Assembly: GCA_048938105.1 (NCBI GenBank)
Contig: JBHLMN010000020.1
Location: 1 to 64,000 of the forward strand
Source of the DNA: Promethearchaeota archaeon
Lineage (GTDB): Archaea; Asgardarchaeota; Heimdallarchaeia; Hodarchaeales; Hodarchaeaceae
DNA: 64,000 nt
Direction: 5' to 3'
In this document: piece after piece, positions 18,939-29,146 of the stretch
Numbering within the stretch: the first letter of the stretch is position 1
Layout: each line of letters opens with the position of its first letter
The notes under the pieces: generated by a model
Told to the model about the DNA's origin: nothing
The model's input: only the letters and a program-made list of their open reading frames with translations
Database searches by the model: none
Made by a program: the position numbers and the translations under genes

Positions 18939-20657
18939 TTAATCAGGTTCATATCTCCCCACACTGGGCCATACACCCCAATACCTGAGCCTAATTTTTT
19001 TGAATATTCTGGGAAGGTAATAGGCAAAAGGAATCCCAACGATAGCATAAATTAGAAATTTGGCTCGCATAATTGTTGTCCCTGATAGATCCAGACCCAT
19101 AAAACCTTCAAGTATAAAGAAACCAATAATTTCACCAATAAAGAATACTAAAATAGCTGGAATTGAAAATATGAACAAACACAAGAGGCTTATAAACATC
19201 AATATATTCTCAACGGAGATAGGTCCTCCGAGATAAGTTGTATCATACCCTCCAATCATAACACCTAGCATATCAAACTTACCTACAAGGGTTAGAATTG
19301 CTGAGACTGAAATAGATACTAGGTCGCCAAGGAGGGTTCCTGCTTGTTCGCTGCTAGGAAGCAAATATTCTGAAAGTAATTTTACTCCAAAACCGTTACT
19401 ACTACTAGGAATGGTTATCCAGGCAAACGCCATCATGATACCTGTAATAATAGCTCTCTTTTGTTCCTTTGTTGCCCTTGTTAAACCAAATGGTAAGTAA
19501 CGAAGAGTAATGATTAAAATTAGACCAAAAGCGAGAATATCAAATCCTGGAACATCGCTTGCAGGAAAAATTGTGTCTAAAAAAAGCTCCGAGAGAAGTG
19601 TAAGCAAGAATGCTCCTATTACACCCCCAACGATTGAACCAATACCTCCAATAACAACATACATTATTACACCAAAGGAGATTGTAGAGCCAAAAAATGG
19701 ATCAGGGTTTACAACTCGAATCATGGGATGTTGAGCATATAAACACCCTGCGATTCCTGCGAAAAAAGCACTAATAGAGAAAGCTAGAATTTTGTAGAAA
19801 GAGAGATTAACACCAAGAGACTCAGCCGCCTCTTCGTCCTCCCGTATTGAATTAAATATAAGACCTATTCGTGAAAAACCTATAAGCATTAAAATCCCAA
19901 TAGCAATTAAAAATACCAACATTGCAAAGATAAAGAAGTTAAGGGCATCAATCTCACGATTAGGATTTGTTTTAATAATAAGAGCTCCAATCATAGGCAT
20001 ACCGTATTCTGCTCCTGTAATCTCAGGTGGAGCTGTTTTTACAAGTTGTAATGCAATTAATGGAATTATCAACGTTATTAAAGCGAGATAAGGGCCCTTT
20101 AGGCGCAGAGCGACTATTCCAATTAATATAGCAAGTCCTACTGAAAGTAATGATCCTAATAATATGCCTATAATGGGATCAAAAGGAAGTAAAGGTCCCA
20201 AATTTGGGTCATTTACAAGGATACTAAATTTGGAAGATAAGTAGAAAGCTAAATAAGCAGAAAATCCCCAGAAGATTGCATGACCAAAGCTCATCTGCCC
20301 AGAATAACCAACGAGAATATCCCAAGATGCTGCAACTATAGCTAAAATAGCACATAGAGCAAGAATCTTGAGTAAGTAAGTATTGTTTGGAAATAAACCT
20401 ACACTACGACTAATTCTATAGATATCACTTATAATTGGTATTGGCGGAAACCGTTGTATACCATACTCATCTGTTACCGCTAATGGTGATGGGGGGTATA
20501 TTAAATCTGTCCATACCTGCAGCCACACTGGTAAATCTTTTGGCACTGGTGCTTCAAAGATGAATGGAATCAAGATTATTAAGAGAAATCCCAAAATATA
20601 ATAGCCCCGATTCCTCACACTTTCCCATAAATCTTCAGCTAACTCTTTCCAGTCCAT
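18939..20657 (-). CDS. livM: HAAT/Liv-type ABC permease with an extra C-terminal membrane region
   Basis: WD.LVGYSGQ.SFGHA.F.G, LRLKGPYLAL.T, SIREDE.AA.SLG, VIGG.GS..G. Confidence 0.88.
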   Translation of the reverse strand: MDWKELAEDLWESVRNRGYYILGFLLIILIPFIFEAPVPKDLPVWLQVWTDLIYPPSPLAVTDEYGIQRFPPIPIISDIYRISRSVGLFPNNTYLLKILALCAILAIVAASWDILVGYSGQMSFGHAIFWGFSAYLAFYLSSKFSILVNDPNLGPLLPFDPIIGILLGSLLSVGLAILIGIVALRLKGPYLALITLIIPLIALQLVKTAPPEITGAEYGMPMIGALIIKTNPNREIDALNFFIFAMLVFLIAIGILMLIGFSRIGLIFNSIREDEEAAESLGVNLSFYKILAFSISAFFAGIAGCLYAQHPMIRVVNPDPFFGSTISFGVIMYVVIGGIGSIVGGVIGAFLLTLLSELFLDTIFPASDVPGFDILAFGLILIITLRYLPFGLTRATKEQKRAIITGIMMAFAWITIPSSSNGFGVKLLSEYLLPSSEQAGTLLGDLVSISVSAILTLVGKFDMLGVMIGGYDTTYLGGPISVENILMFISLLCLFIFSIPAILVFFIGEIIGFFILEGFMGLDLSGTTIMRAKFLIYAIVGIPFAYYLPRIFKKIRLRYWGVWPSVGRYEPD

Positions 20658-22144
20658 TATTCATGTTCCTCCTTAATTCCAAGTAATCCTTCTGGTTTTA
20701 AAACCATCACAATGAAAACTATAACAAATGGGAGAAGGATTGAAAAATTTGATAAAGATGGAATCACGATAATTCCAGGTATTATTGAAACTGGATTCAT
20801 GGTTGTAGTGACTAGAACCTCGGTGAAACTAAATATGAAAGCTCCTAAAATGGTTCCAGGGAGACTACCCATACCACCTAGTGTCACAATGGCTATAGCC
20901 ATTATAAGCACAGTCCAACCCATGAATGGACTCCATTGGGGTTTAGCCGCATAAGGTGATGTTAATATTGCTGCAAATGCAACTAACGCCATTCCTATTC
21001 CACTCACGGCTGCTGTTATTTTTCGAATATTAATTCCAGCAAGTGCAGCAGCTTCTTCATCTTGGGCAACAGCTCGTAATGCCTTTCCCATTTTAGTGTG
21101 CCATATAAATATATACAGAAGAATTACTGCAGTGATGCAAAATATCATTGAAACTAACCTAATAAATCGTATAGTCACTCCGAATAAGTTTAAATCAAGG
21201 CCTCGTGAAATAATTGTAGGAAGTGAACGAAATTCGCCACCAAAGAGAATAAACTGACCGTTTTGTGGAAAATGGATCATCTGAACCAGACTTTGAAGAA
21301 AGAGGGCTACAGCAAATGTAATGATCAGGACATTGACAACTGACATTCTAACTTTTTCAATGATGTACCGATCTACAATCATAGCCAAACAAGAAGTTAG
21401 GATCACTGCTAACATCATTAATGCTAGATATACAACTGATATACCGATTAAAGGTCCAAATAAAGGACCTAATTGAGGTATTTGTGCGATTAATGATCCA
21501 AACATTGAATTGAATAATACTATCAGTGGAATCACCAATCCAAGTATGAATGAACCAAATGCTACCCTTTGCTTTGGAAGTTCTAAGAACCAAGCTGACA
21601 GACAAACTGCAAGAACAGCCAGTCCAATGTAGAAACTTTCTACAAGTTTGATCCCTAGGATTATGACTCCTACTATAGATATTATTGGAGAAGCTAGTAT
21701 AAGAAGAAATTCACGTTTTTCAAACACTGTCCTTAGAAACACTAGGATAATTACCGCAAGTATGATTGGGAGTAGAATCAAACCCAAGAATAGTAATCTG
21801 TCGATTTCGTTAGCTATATTCAATGCTGGGTCGATTTTCACCGTTTTCAATAAGAAAAACATGACATAAGCGCCAAAAACGTAATATCCACCGAGAGAGA
21901 GTTTGAATTGTTTTGCAATACCTAAAATAAGACTGAAACCTAAAGATAAAATCGAATAGAGAGTACCAAGGATGATACAACTCAAGATTAACTCTATTGC
22001 AGTAGTTGGATCATTTGGATCTTTTAAAATCCAGTCTCTTAGACATAAAAATGAAATACATGATGTGAAAAAGATAACTAAACCTATAATCAGCCATCTT
22101 TCCTTCTGTAAAAATTCAAAAGATGAAGTATTGATTGTGCTCAT
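20657..22144 (-). CDS. livH: HAAT/Liv-type ABC permease with an internal hydrophobic insertion
   Basis: G.LY.ILSLGFSL.LG, TK.GKALRAVAQD..AA.LAGIN, LGG.GSL.G, PEGLLG. Confidence 0.88.
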   Translation of the reverse strand: MSTINTSSFEFLQKERWLIIGLVIFFTSCISFLCLRDWILKDPNDPTTAIELILSCIILGTLYSILSLGFSLILGIAKQFKLSLGGYYVFGAYVMFFLLKTVKIDPALNIANEIDRLLFLGLILLPIILAVIILVFLRTVFEKREFLLILASPIISIVGVIILGIKLVESFYIGLAVLAVCLSAWFLELPKQRVAFGSFILGLVIPLIVLFNSMFGSLIAQIPQLGPLFGPLIGISVVYLALMMLAVILTSCLAMIVDRYIIEKVRMSVVNVLIITFAVALFLQSLVQMIHFPQNGQFILFGGEFRSLPTIISRGLDLNLFGVTIRFIRLVSMIFCITAVILLYIFIWHTKMGKALRAVAQDEEAAALAGINIRKITAAVSGIGMALVAFAAILTSPYAAKPQWSPFMGWTVLIMAIAIVTLGGMGSLPGTILGAFIFSFTEVLVTTTMNPVSIIPGIIVIPSLSNFSILLPFVIVFIVMVLKPEGLLGIKEEHE

Positions 22145-22310
22145 CGTAACAAGAAAATCTCCTTTTATATTTATGAATTAGGTGATTGGTAAAGAAAGTA
22201 ATCATAGTTTTTAAGTGTCCTTATATAGCATTTATTCAATGTTTCGACTATTTAATTTACCTCTTCTGACATGTGAGTCTTTATTGTATCAGATCTGTGA
22301 CGATATAGAG

Positions 22311-22340
22311 AATAAAAAAAAGGGAGGGAAGAAATAAGTT
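22311..22340 (-). terminator. Pyrimidine/oligo-T tract after the substrate-binding protein gene (archaeal intrinsic terminator)
   Basis: The minus strand reads aacttatttcttccctccc followed by an oligo-T run directly after the stop codon. Confidence 0.55.
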
Positions 22341-24374
22341 TTAGCGTTTGTAGCGCTTCTTTCGCTTATTCCTTCTAAACAAAAGTACTAAACTTGTCAA
22401 AACCAGGAAAATTAATGGTAACACAAATCCTGGAACCGTTACTGTTGTTACTTTAGTTGCAGTTGCAGTTGCAGTTGCGGTTACTGTACCTGGTCCTGTT
22501 GTTTCTGTCCCTGTTGATGTTGATGTTATTGGTTCTTCCACCCATCCATGATTGGATGGATCAAAAATGGTCCAGTTTAAAGCTAGCGACATGTTGTCAG
22601 GATAATGGCCATAAGTACTGTAGTAGTCCGAAGCATTGTCGAAAAAGTTGTCATGGGCTACATCGAAATCAGGATCACCCGTTAAAGCTTTCCATTGTGC
22701 CACATAATGAGCCCATTTTGTGAAGCAACGTGTTGGGCTCCAATTGGTATATGATGGGGGTAATTTTGGGTTTGCGCTTGGGGAATCCCCAACAAATGGA
22801 ACCAAAAATGGCCACAAACCATATGTTTCATATGGTTCTCCCATAGCAATATATTGACACATTGCTGGATCTGCAAATGCTAACCAATAAGCGTTGTTAT
22901 ATGCGAGAGTGTCTGGGAAGGCCGTACCTCCATAGATTGTTACTTGTTCTCCACCTTCCTGCCACTGTTTAAACATCGCAGCAGGCCAATTCCAAGTAGG
23001 CTCCCCACTTGTATTATATATACCACCTTCTGCTGTTGTTTCGCCTAACGCGTATGGTGGAAGAAGAGCACTAGGAGAATAAGTATCATGGACAGAAGCA
23101 TTATTGTATAGTGCACCAGCTCCAGGAATTACTATATAATAACCATATTCGTCGACACCCACTTGAGGCCCACGTTCATTTGTAAACTTAATCCTACCTC
23201 GTGGACCGTACCAATCGGTGTTAATCAGTTCAGCTTGAATGTCCTCGGATGCGGTAGCGGGATTATAGGCTGTTGTTCCTGCATAAGCTCTTTCTAGTGC
23301 TTCCTTAATGATGTAGATAGCATCATAGGCTCCCCAGGCAGTATAAGATGCACTTTTACCAGTGAATGCCTTATAAGCCGCTCTGAAAGATTCTGTTGTA
23401 TTGGTCAAAGCTAAATCGGGGGATGTTTGCATTACGATCTCACCGTACGGAGCTCCTTCAGTGGCATCCCATATAGTTTCGATTTGTGACTCAACATTTG
23501 ATCCAGCCATTATGATAGGGTCCTTACCATCAGCTACCAGCTCTTTATTTAATTGGGCCCAAGCTTCTGTAGCATATTTGCCAACAGGACCTGAGAAGAT
23601 AGTTAATAGGGCATTTGGTTTTTCAGCATGTTTTTCATAACTTGCTTTTAGAGCTGCATAAACTGCATCATATGTTGCTTCTACAGAGACTGCTATGTCA
23701 TTTTCAACATATAAGGCTGGATTGGTTGTTGCAGCGTCACCGCAGAACTGTTGAGTCCATCTGGCATATAACGGAAGAGCTGAATGAAGTGATCTAGCCA
23801 TTTTAACGGCCCACTGGTTATCTTCCCGAAAGATGGTGATATTTTGTACACCGTAATGTGGACCTAATGTCCAGGCATAAAAGCTAGCCATTACATAGAA
23901 AAGCCCAGTCCCGTTACCAGGCATAGCTCTCCAATAATAGGGACTAATCAGTGGAACTGTTGCGCCCACACCTATAAAGGGTATATCCACATGTCCACCT
24001 AATTGTAGTGCCTGCATTACTTCTGTACGAAATCCTCCAATCATCGATACGACCTCATACTCGTCACGAAGCTTTGTATAGGATAAGGCAGCACTAGATG
24101 GGTCAGGAAAACCTGTTGTCCCAGAAGTTGACTCTTTAAATAGTTTTAAGTTATAGGCGGTGCCTCCACATATAACGCCTCCAGCATCATTGATTTCTTT
24201 AACTGCCAATTCTGCTGCAAGATTGCAATCTATACCTGGAGTTATCGCCATCGGTGCAAGGGAGCCGATTGGAATTTCATCTACTTGCGTCTTTGCGACA
24301 ATTAGATTTGGTGATAGCGATATAACCATACAGGCAATAATTGCAATCACTAATAGACTTCTTTTGGTTTTCAT
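22341..24374 (-). CDS. livK: Liv-type ABC substrate-binding protein with signal peptide, Thr-rich linker and VPGF-TM-basic anchor
   Basis: IPIG.LAP...G......AELAV.EINDAGGV, YDA.YI...A.ERA, GPRGRI.F. The C-terminus is TTVTVPGF, a hydrophobic helix and RRNKRKKRYKR. Confidence 0.85.
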   Translation of the reverse strand: MKTKRSLLVIAIIACMVISLSPNLIVAKTQVDEIPIGSLAPMAITPGIDCNLAAELAVKEINDAGGVICGGTAYNLKLFKESTSGTTGFPDPSSAALSYTKLRDEYEVVSMIGGFRTEVMQALQLGGHVDIPFIGVGATVPLISPYYWRAMPGNGTGLFYVMASFYAWTLGPHYGVQNITIFREDNQWAVKMARSLHSALPLYARWTQQFCGDAATTNPALYVENDIAVSVEATYDAVYAALKASYEKHAEKPNALLTIFSGPVGKYATEAWAQLNKELVADGKDPIIMAGSNVESQIETIWDATEGAPYGEIVMQTSPDLALTNTTESFRAAYKAFTGKSASYTAWGAYDAIYIIKEALERAYAGTTAYNPATASEDIQAELINTDWYGPRGRIKFTNERGPQVGVDEYGYYIVIPGAGALYNNASVHDTYSPSALLPPYALGETTAEGGIYNTSGEPTWNWPAAMFKQWQEGGEQVTIYGGTAFPDTLAYNNAYWLAFADPAMCQYIAMGEPYETYGLWPFLVPFVGDSPSANPKLPPSYTNWSPTRCFTKWAHYVAQWKALTGDPDFDVAHDNFFDNASDYYSTYGHYPDNMSLALNWTIFDPSNHGWVEEPITSTSTGTETTGPGTVTATATATATKVTTVTVPGFVLPLIFLVLTSLVLLFRRNKRKKRYKR

Positions 24375-24961
24375 TTCTATTCACATTATTGTTTTTTATT
24401 TTACTTCAATTAATTTGGTTTGAATAATAAAAAAAAAGAAATATTAATTTCAAACAATTCTATAGAAAGCTTTACATCTAATTATAAATCTTCCGTCAGT
24501 TTCTAAGATTGTCCGACAGAAAATAGATTTAACCATGAAAAAAAAGAGATGATTCAGATAACAAATTTAAAGATTAAGATTGTATTGTGATCTCTGATTA
24601 AACAAAATATTGGATATATTCTGCATTTTCTGTCTCTTTTTTTATTAGTTTGTATAATCTTCACAGCTCCATAATTTTTATAAAAAAAACATTCATCTTG
24701 TAAAGGTATTTTAATAAGTATGAAATATGGATAAAAAATTACGATGAGTTGTTATGATCAATGTTCATTTTTTCCAGAAGAAGATAATGTAGCTGCCGAG
24801 ACGGTAAAATTATTCCTTTTCTTCTGTTCTGATTCAACATTGATAATAGAAACCCCCATTGATGCAAAAAGTAAAGATAAAACCAAAAATATATAAAGTT
24901 ATATCAAGATTAATACTGGTAGAACATGATTTAACTTATTCATAAGCAATAACATCTTTAT

Positions 24962-25035
24962 CCCCCTATCACACCTGTGAAGGGGAATCCAATATTCTTT
25001 ATTAGGCAATTAGAACTTCCTAGTTAAGTAGGAAG
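24962..25035. promoter_or_regulatory. Two palindromes upstream of the acyl-CoA ligase (CCCCT-A-TCACA-CC-TGTGA-AGGGG; CTTCCTA-GTTAAG-TAGGAAG)
   Basis: Inverted repeats read directly from the sequence in the divergent liv/fadD intergenic region. Confidence 0.5.
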
Positions 25036-25054
25036 ATTCCCACAAAATCAAAGA

Positions 25055-26839
25055 ATGTTCACGAGGATTCTACAATTAGGTGGAATGAACAAAATGGAAC
25101 AGGTAGAAGTAGTTGAAAAACTTTGGCTTAAAAGCTGGCCCGAAGAGATACCAAGTACTCTCGAGTATCCTGATGACTATCCAGTGTATAGATTTCTTCA
25201 AGAAGCAGCTAAGCTCACACCCGATAACGTGGCGACAATCTTTTTTGATAAGAAAATAAAATATGGTGATCTATGGGATAGAGTACTTCGATTTGCAAAT
25301 AGTCTTCACAAAATCGGAATAAAAAAAGGAGACAGGATTGGAATATATCTTCCTAATTGCCCTCAATTTATTATAGCTTTTTTCGCGATTAATAGGTTAG
25401 GAGCGTTAATAGTTCCCTTTAATACTCAATATGTAGATCATGAATTGGAATATCAACTAAATGACTCTGGGGCCAGAAATATCATCACAATAGATATTAC
25501 ATACAATCGAGTCCGTAGACTTCGAGATAAAAAACGTGTAGACCTTGATAATATTATTGTAGCTTCACTACATGATGAAATGAGTCGATCTAAACGTCTA
25601 TTTGGAATGCTTACGGGTAAGGTGCCGTTGAAAAAAAGAGTTCATTCAGAGGATTTATCATTTCAAAAAATGGTCTGGGAAGGTAATCCCAAAGAGGTTC
25701 CAGATGTTCAAATCAATCCTAAGGAAGACTTAGCTCTCATCCAATATACTGGTGGTACAACTGGGGTAAGTAAAGGAGCTATGCTCACTCACTATAATAT
25801 CGTTAGTAATCAGCTTCAATTGACAAGTGTAATGTATCCACCAGTTTCGCAAGGCGAGGAATGTTTTGTATGCGCCCTTCCTTTATTTCACATATTTGCA
25901 TTGAACTGTATTATGTTAGCTGCTATTAACGCAGCCTCCTCAATGATTTTGATTACAGATCCCCTTGCTGGTAGACCGATGTTACAAGATCTGCTAGAGA
26001 CCCTCTATAAATATAAACCAACATTCTTTCATGCGGTTCCTTCTATGTATGTTGGTCTTCTATTCCACAAAGATATTAAGGATTATGATTTAACATCCAT
26101 TCGGGCGTGTTTATCTGGAGCTGCTCCACTCCCTGAACAAGTGATGTATAATTTCGAAGAATTGACAGGGGCAAATGTTGTGGAGGGTTATGGACTGACA
26201 GAAACAAGTCCTGTCACCCATGTGAATCCACTTGTTCCAGGATTAAAACGTCCTGGGAGTGTTGGTCTTCCTATCGCGGATACTGCTGTTAAGATTTTCG
26301 ATCCTGCTGAGGGGGGTAAAGATACGGAACTTCCTCAAGGTGAAGAAGGAGAAATTGGCATTAAGGGTCCTCAAGTGATGAAAGGCTACTGGAACAAACC
26401 CGAGGAGACTACAAACGTGTTTAACAGTGATGGTTACTTCTTAACTGGGGATATTGGTTACATTGATGAAGATGGCTTTTTCTTCATTACTGGTCGTAAA
26501 AAAGACATGATAGATGTGAGTGGTTTGAAGGTGTATCCGCGCGAAGTTGAAGAAGAGATAATAGAACATCCTGCTGTCCAAGAAGTTGCTGTTGTTGGTG
26601 TTCCCCACCCGATACGTGGGGAAACAGTCAAAGCATTTGTTGTATTGCAAGATGACGAGACAGCTTCAGAGGAAGAATTAATTGAGTTTTGTAAAGGACG
26701 AATAGCTCGCTACAAGATCCCCCGACATGTCGCATTTGTTGACGAATTACCTAAAAGCGCTATTGGGAAGGTTCTTCATCGTGAATTACGGGACATCGAA
26801 TGGAAGAAAGCTGGTCGGAAAAAATCGATTGATGGATAA
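25055..26839 (+). CDS. fadD: Long-chain-fatty-acid--CoA ligase
   Basis: YTGGTTG.SKG, EGYGLTE, GPQVMKGYW, TGDIG, GRKKDMI, PKSAIGK. Confidence 0.93.
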   Translation: MFTRILQLGGMNKMEQVEVVEKLWLKSWPEEIPSTLEYPDDYPVYRFLQEAAKLTPDNVATIFFDKKIKYGDLWDRVLRFANSLHKIGIKKGDRIGIYLPNCPQFIIAFFAINRLGALIVPFNTQYVDHELEYQLNDSGARNIITIDITYNRVRRLRDKKRVDLDNIIVASLHDEMSRSKRLFGMLTGKVPLKKRVHSEDLSFQKMVWEGNPKEVPDVQINPKEDLALIQYTGGTTGVSKGAMLTHYNIVSNQLQLTSVMYPPVSQGEECFVCALPLFHIFALNCIMLAAINAASSMILITDPLAGRPMLQDLLETLYKYKPTFFHAVPSMYVGLLFHKDIKDYDLTSIRACLSGAAPLPEQVMYNFEELTGANVVEGYGLTETSPVTHVNPLVPGLKRPGSVGLPIADTAVKIFDPAEGGKDTELPQGEEGEIGIKGPQVMKGYWNKPEETTNVFNSDGYFLTGDIGYIDEDGFFFITGRKKDMIDVSGLKVYPREVEEEIIEHPAVQEVAVVGVPHPIRGETVKAFVVLQDDETASEEELIEFCKGRIARYKIPRHVAFVDELPKSAIGKVLHRELRDIEWKKAGRKKSIDG

Positions 26840-26855
26840 ATCTCTATCCATCAAT
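26828..26855. terminator. 11-bp perfect inverted repeat spanning the stop codons of two convergent genes
   Basis: attgatggata-aatctc-tatccatcaat. Confidence 0.45.
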
Positions 26856-28951
26856 TCTTCTTCTTTCATTCCATTTCACAAGAAATACTAAGTTTCCTAA
26901 GATAATCAATATTATGAACAGATCAAATCCTGTGGTAGTTATTAGGGGAGCTTTCGATGTACTTTCCTCTGTTTTTGTGATACCATTGTTGAAGTTTACA
27001 CTAAAGCGAATTGTCTTCACATTATCGCAGATATCATAGACCCTAATTGTAATATCGTAAGTATCATCAGGGAAATTTGTTGTATCGAGATCATATGCTC
27101 CAGTCCACAGAATGGATGTTCCAGTGGCATAGTTAGCAATAAGTTCTATCTCATCAGTTTGATCAATTTCTCCATCTTCAATGCGAATGGTTGCTTCATC
27201 TATATAACTGTCATCAGTAATAGAAAGCTCAATTGTAATTATATTTGAATACGTATCTCCATCCTTAATACCAGTAATGGTAACTTCTGGAGGGATATCC
27301 TCACATGGGACAGAGGTTTCAGATGATTCTGTTTCCGTTGTATGTGTCCCTGTTGTTCTCGTTTCTGAGGTTTCAGAAGGTTCTGTCTCTGTTGTTGTAT
27401 AGGAAGTTGTTGTTTTTGGTATCCAACCATGATCAGCGTGATTAAACTCGGTCCAATTTATCATTGTTCTGAGATCATCAGGATAGTGACCACCAAGAAA
27501 ATTACAATAAGCTCGTCCAGTTGTATTGTAGTAATTCCAATAATCAGCGTCATTGTTGAAAGGTGCGCTTGGATTAAAAGATTTAAGTACAAAAATCGCT
27601 GGTTGGACAGCATGGCCCCAAACGGGAACATGAGTTCCATCTTTCTGCCATTGACCAAATAACACATGCGTATTAGATAGGTTGAGAGGTGGTGCTGAAC
27701 CGCTATTAGTAGTCCAAGCGTCATGCACATCTTGACCACCATTGATGATATCTGCTCCTGGAATATCTATTGCATGACCAGTCGAATTCGTTCCTTGTTG
27801 AAGAGGCTCATTGGTAAATTTAATCCTTGCTCTCGGGCCATAATAGTCTGTGTTGGCCAATTCAGTTTGAAGATTTTCAGAAGTTGGCTCTGTACCATCA
27901 ACCATTCTTTCAAATGCTTCTTTGATTATATAGATTGCTTCATAGGCTCCAAATGCAGTATAAGTGGGATATTTGCCAGCTTTTACCTCATAAGCATCTG
28001 TAAAAGCTTTGGTTGTTGGTGTAAGTTCTAAACCAGGAGGAACGCTTTCCATTACGATTTCTCCATAACAACCTCCTTCGGTGGCATCCCAGTAAGTACT
28101 AGCCTGGGCTTCAGTGTTTGCTCCAGCCATAATTTGAGGTAAATCTAAGTTATACCAAGCTTGCGTGGCATGCTTACCTACAGGACCAGAGAGGATAGTT
28201 AGTAGAGCATTACAATGCTTCATATCGATTCCTTCACTAAGAGCTGTTGTCACAGTATCTAATCCTGCTGCTGACGGGACTACAATATCATCAGCGAGAT
28301 CGCCTAATGTCACATCCGTTATTCCGAAATTAGCAGCAGCAATGTAGGGGATGTATTGGTGGAGGACACGAGACATTCTTAATGTCCATACAGTATCTTC
28401 ACGAAAGACTGTAATATTTCGTACACCTTTTAATGGGATCAAGCCATAGTTATAGAGTGACATCATTGCTAGAGCTAATACAGTACCGTTACCAGGCATG
28501 ACTCTCCAATAGTATGGACTGATAAGCGGACCAGTTGTTCCTACACTAAGGAAAGGCCTATCAAGGAGACCTCCTAACTGGAATGTTGCATAACTTCTGT
28601 CCGAAATCCTCCAAGAACTGCAACAACTCCATCCTCATATGCGAGTTTGGAATAAGACATAGCAGCAGCAGTAGGATCTGGAAAACCCGTTGTTCCTGAA
28701 GTCGTTTCCTTTACTAGTGTGAAAGTATATGTTTTGGTTCCAATTTTAACTCCACCAGCATCATTGATTTCCTGTACTGCTAATTCAGCACCATAATTAG
28801 TATCTAAACCTAGTGTGATTGCCATGGGTGTCAGTGTACCGATTAAAATATCCCCGTCCTGCCCAATTTTTGATTTTGTAAAGTTTGCTGATTGCACTAA
28901 AATTGTACCTAGAATCACCAAAATTATTAATATTTTATTGAACTTATTCAA
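26844..28951 (-). pseudogene. livK: Second Liv-type substrate-binding protein (paralog of 22341-24374) with an Ig-like domain and TTGF-TM-basic anchor; 1-nt frameshift near 28586
   Basis: ORF 28574-28951 ends GGFRTEVMQ. A shifted frame continues FQLGGLLDRPFLSVGTTGPLISPYYWRVMPGNG, matching the paralog's LQLGGHVDIPFIGVGATVPLISPYYWRAMPGNG. D..PP.V.I...DG.TY...D..Y.I.I.VYD..DN is Ig-like. Confidence 0.85.
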
Positions 28952-29146
28952 TTTTCTCTCCTTCTTAAACTCTTACTCTCTTTCCATTTATTCTTTAACA
29001 ACTAATGTAAAATTTGCAGAAATAATAGAAATAATAGTATATTAACTTTCCTTGGAATGCTTTGCAGCTATTGTATTTTAATGATGTAAATATTATGATT
29101 GCTATAGACCCCTCTTTTATAATCATATATTAAATTTGGTTCTGTC

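Noticed and set aside
22455-22478. (AGTTGC)4 tandem repeat
   Set aside because: It simply encodes the Thr-Ala linker of the binding protein and is not a CRISPR or regulatory repeat.
24760-24930. Hydrophobic minus-strand reading resembling a signal-peptide remnant in the liv/fadD intergenic region
   Set aside because: It is interrupted by a stop, has no clear start and has no recognisable homology, so it is too weak to call.
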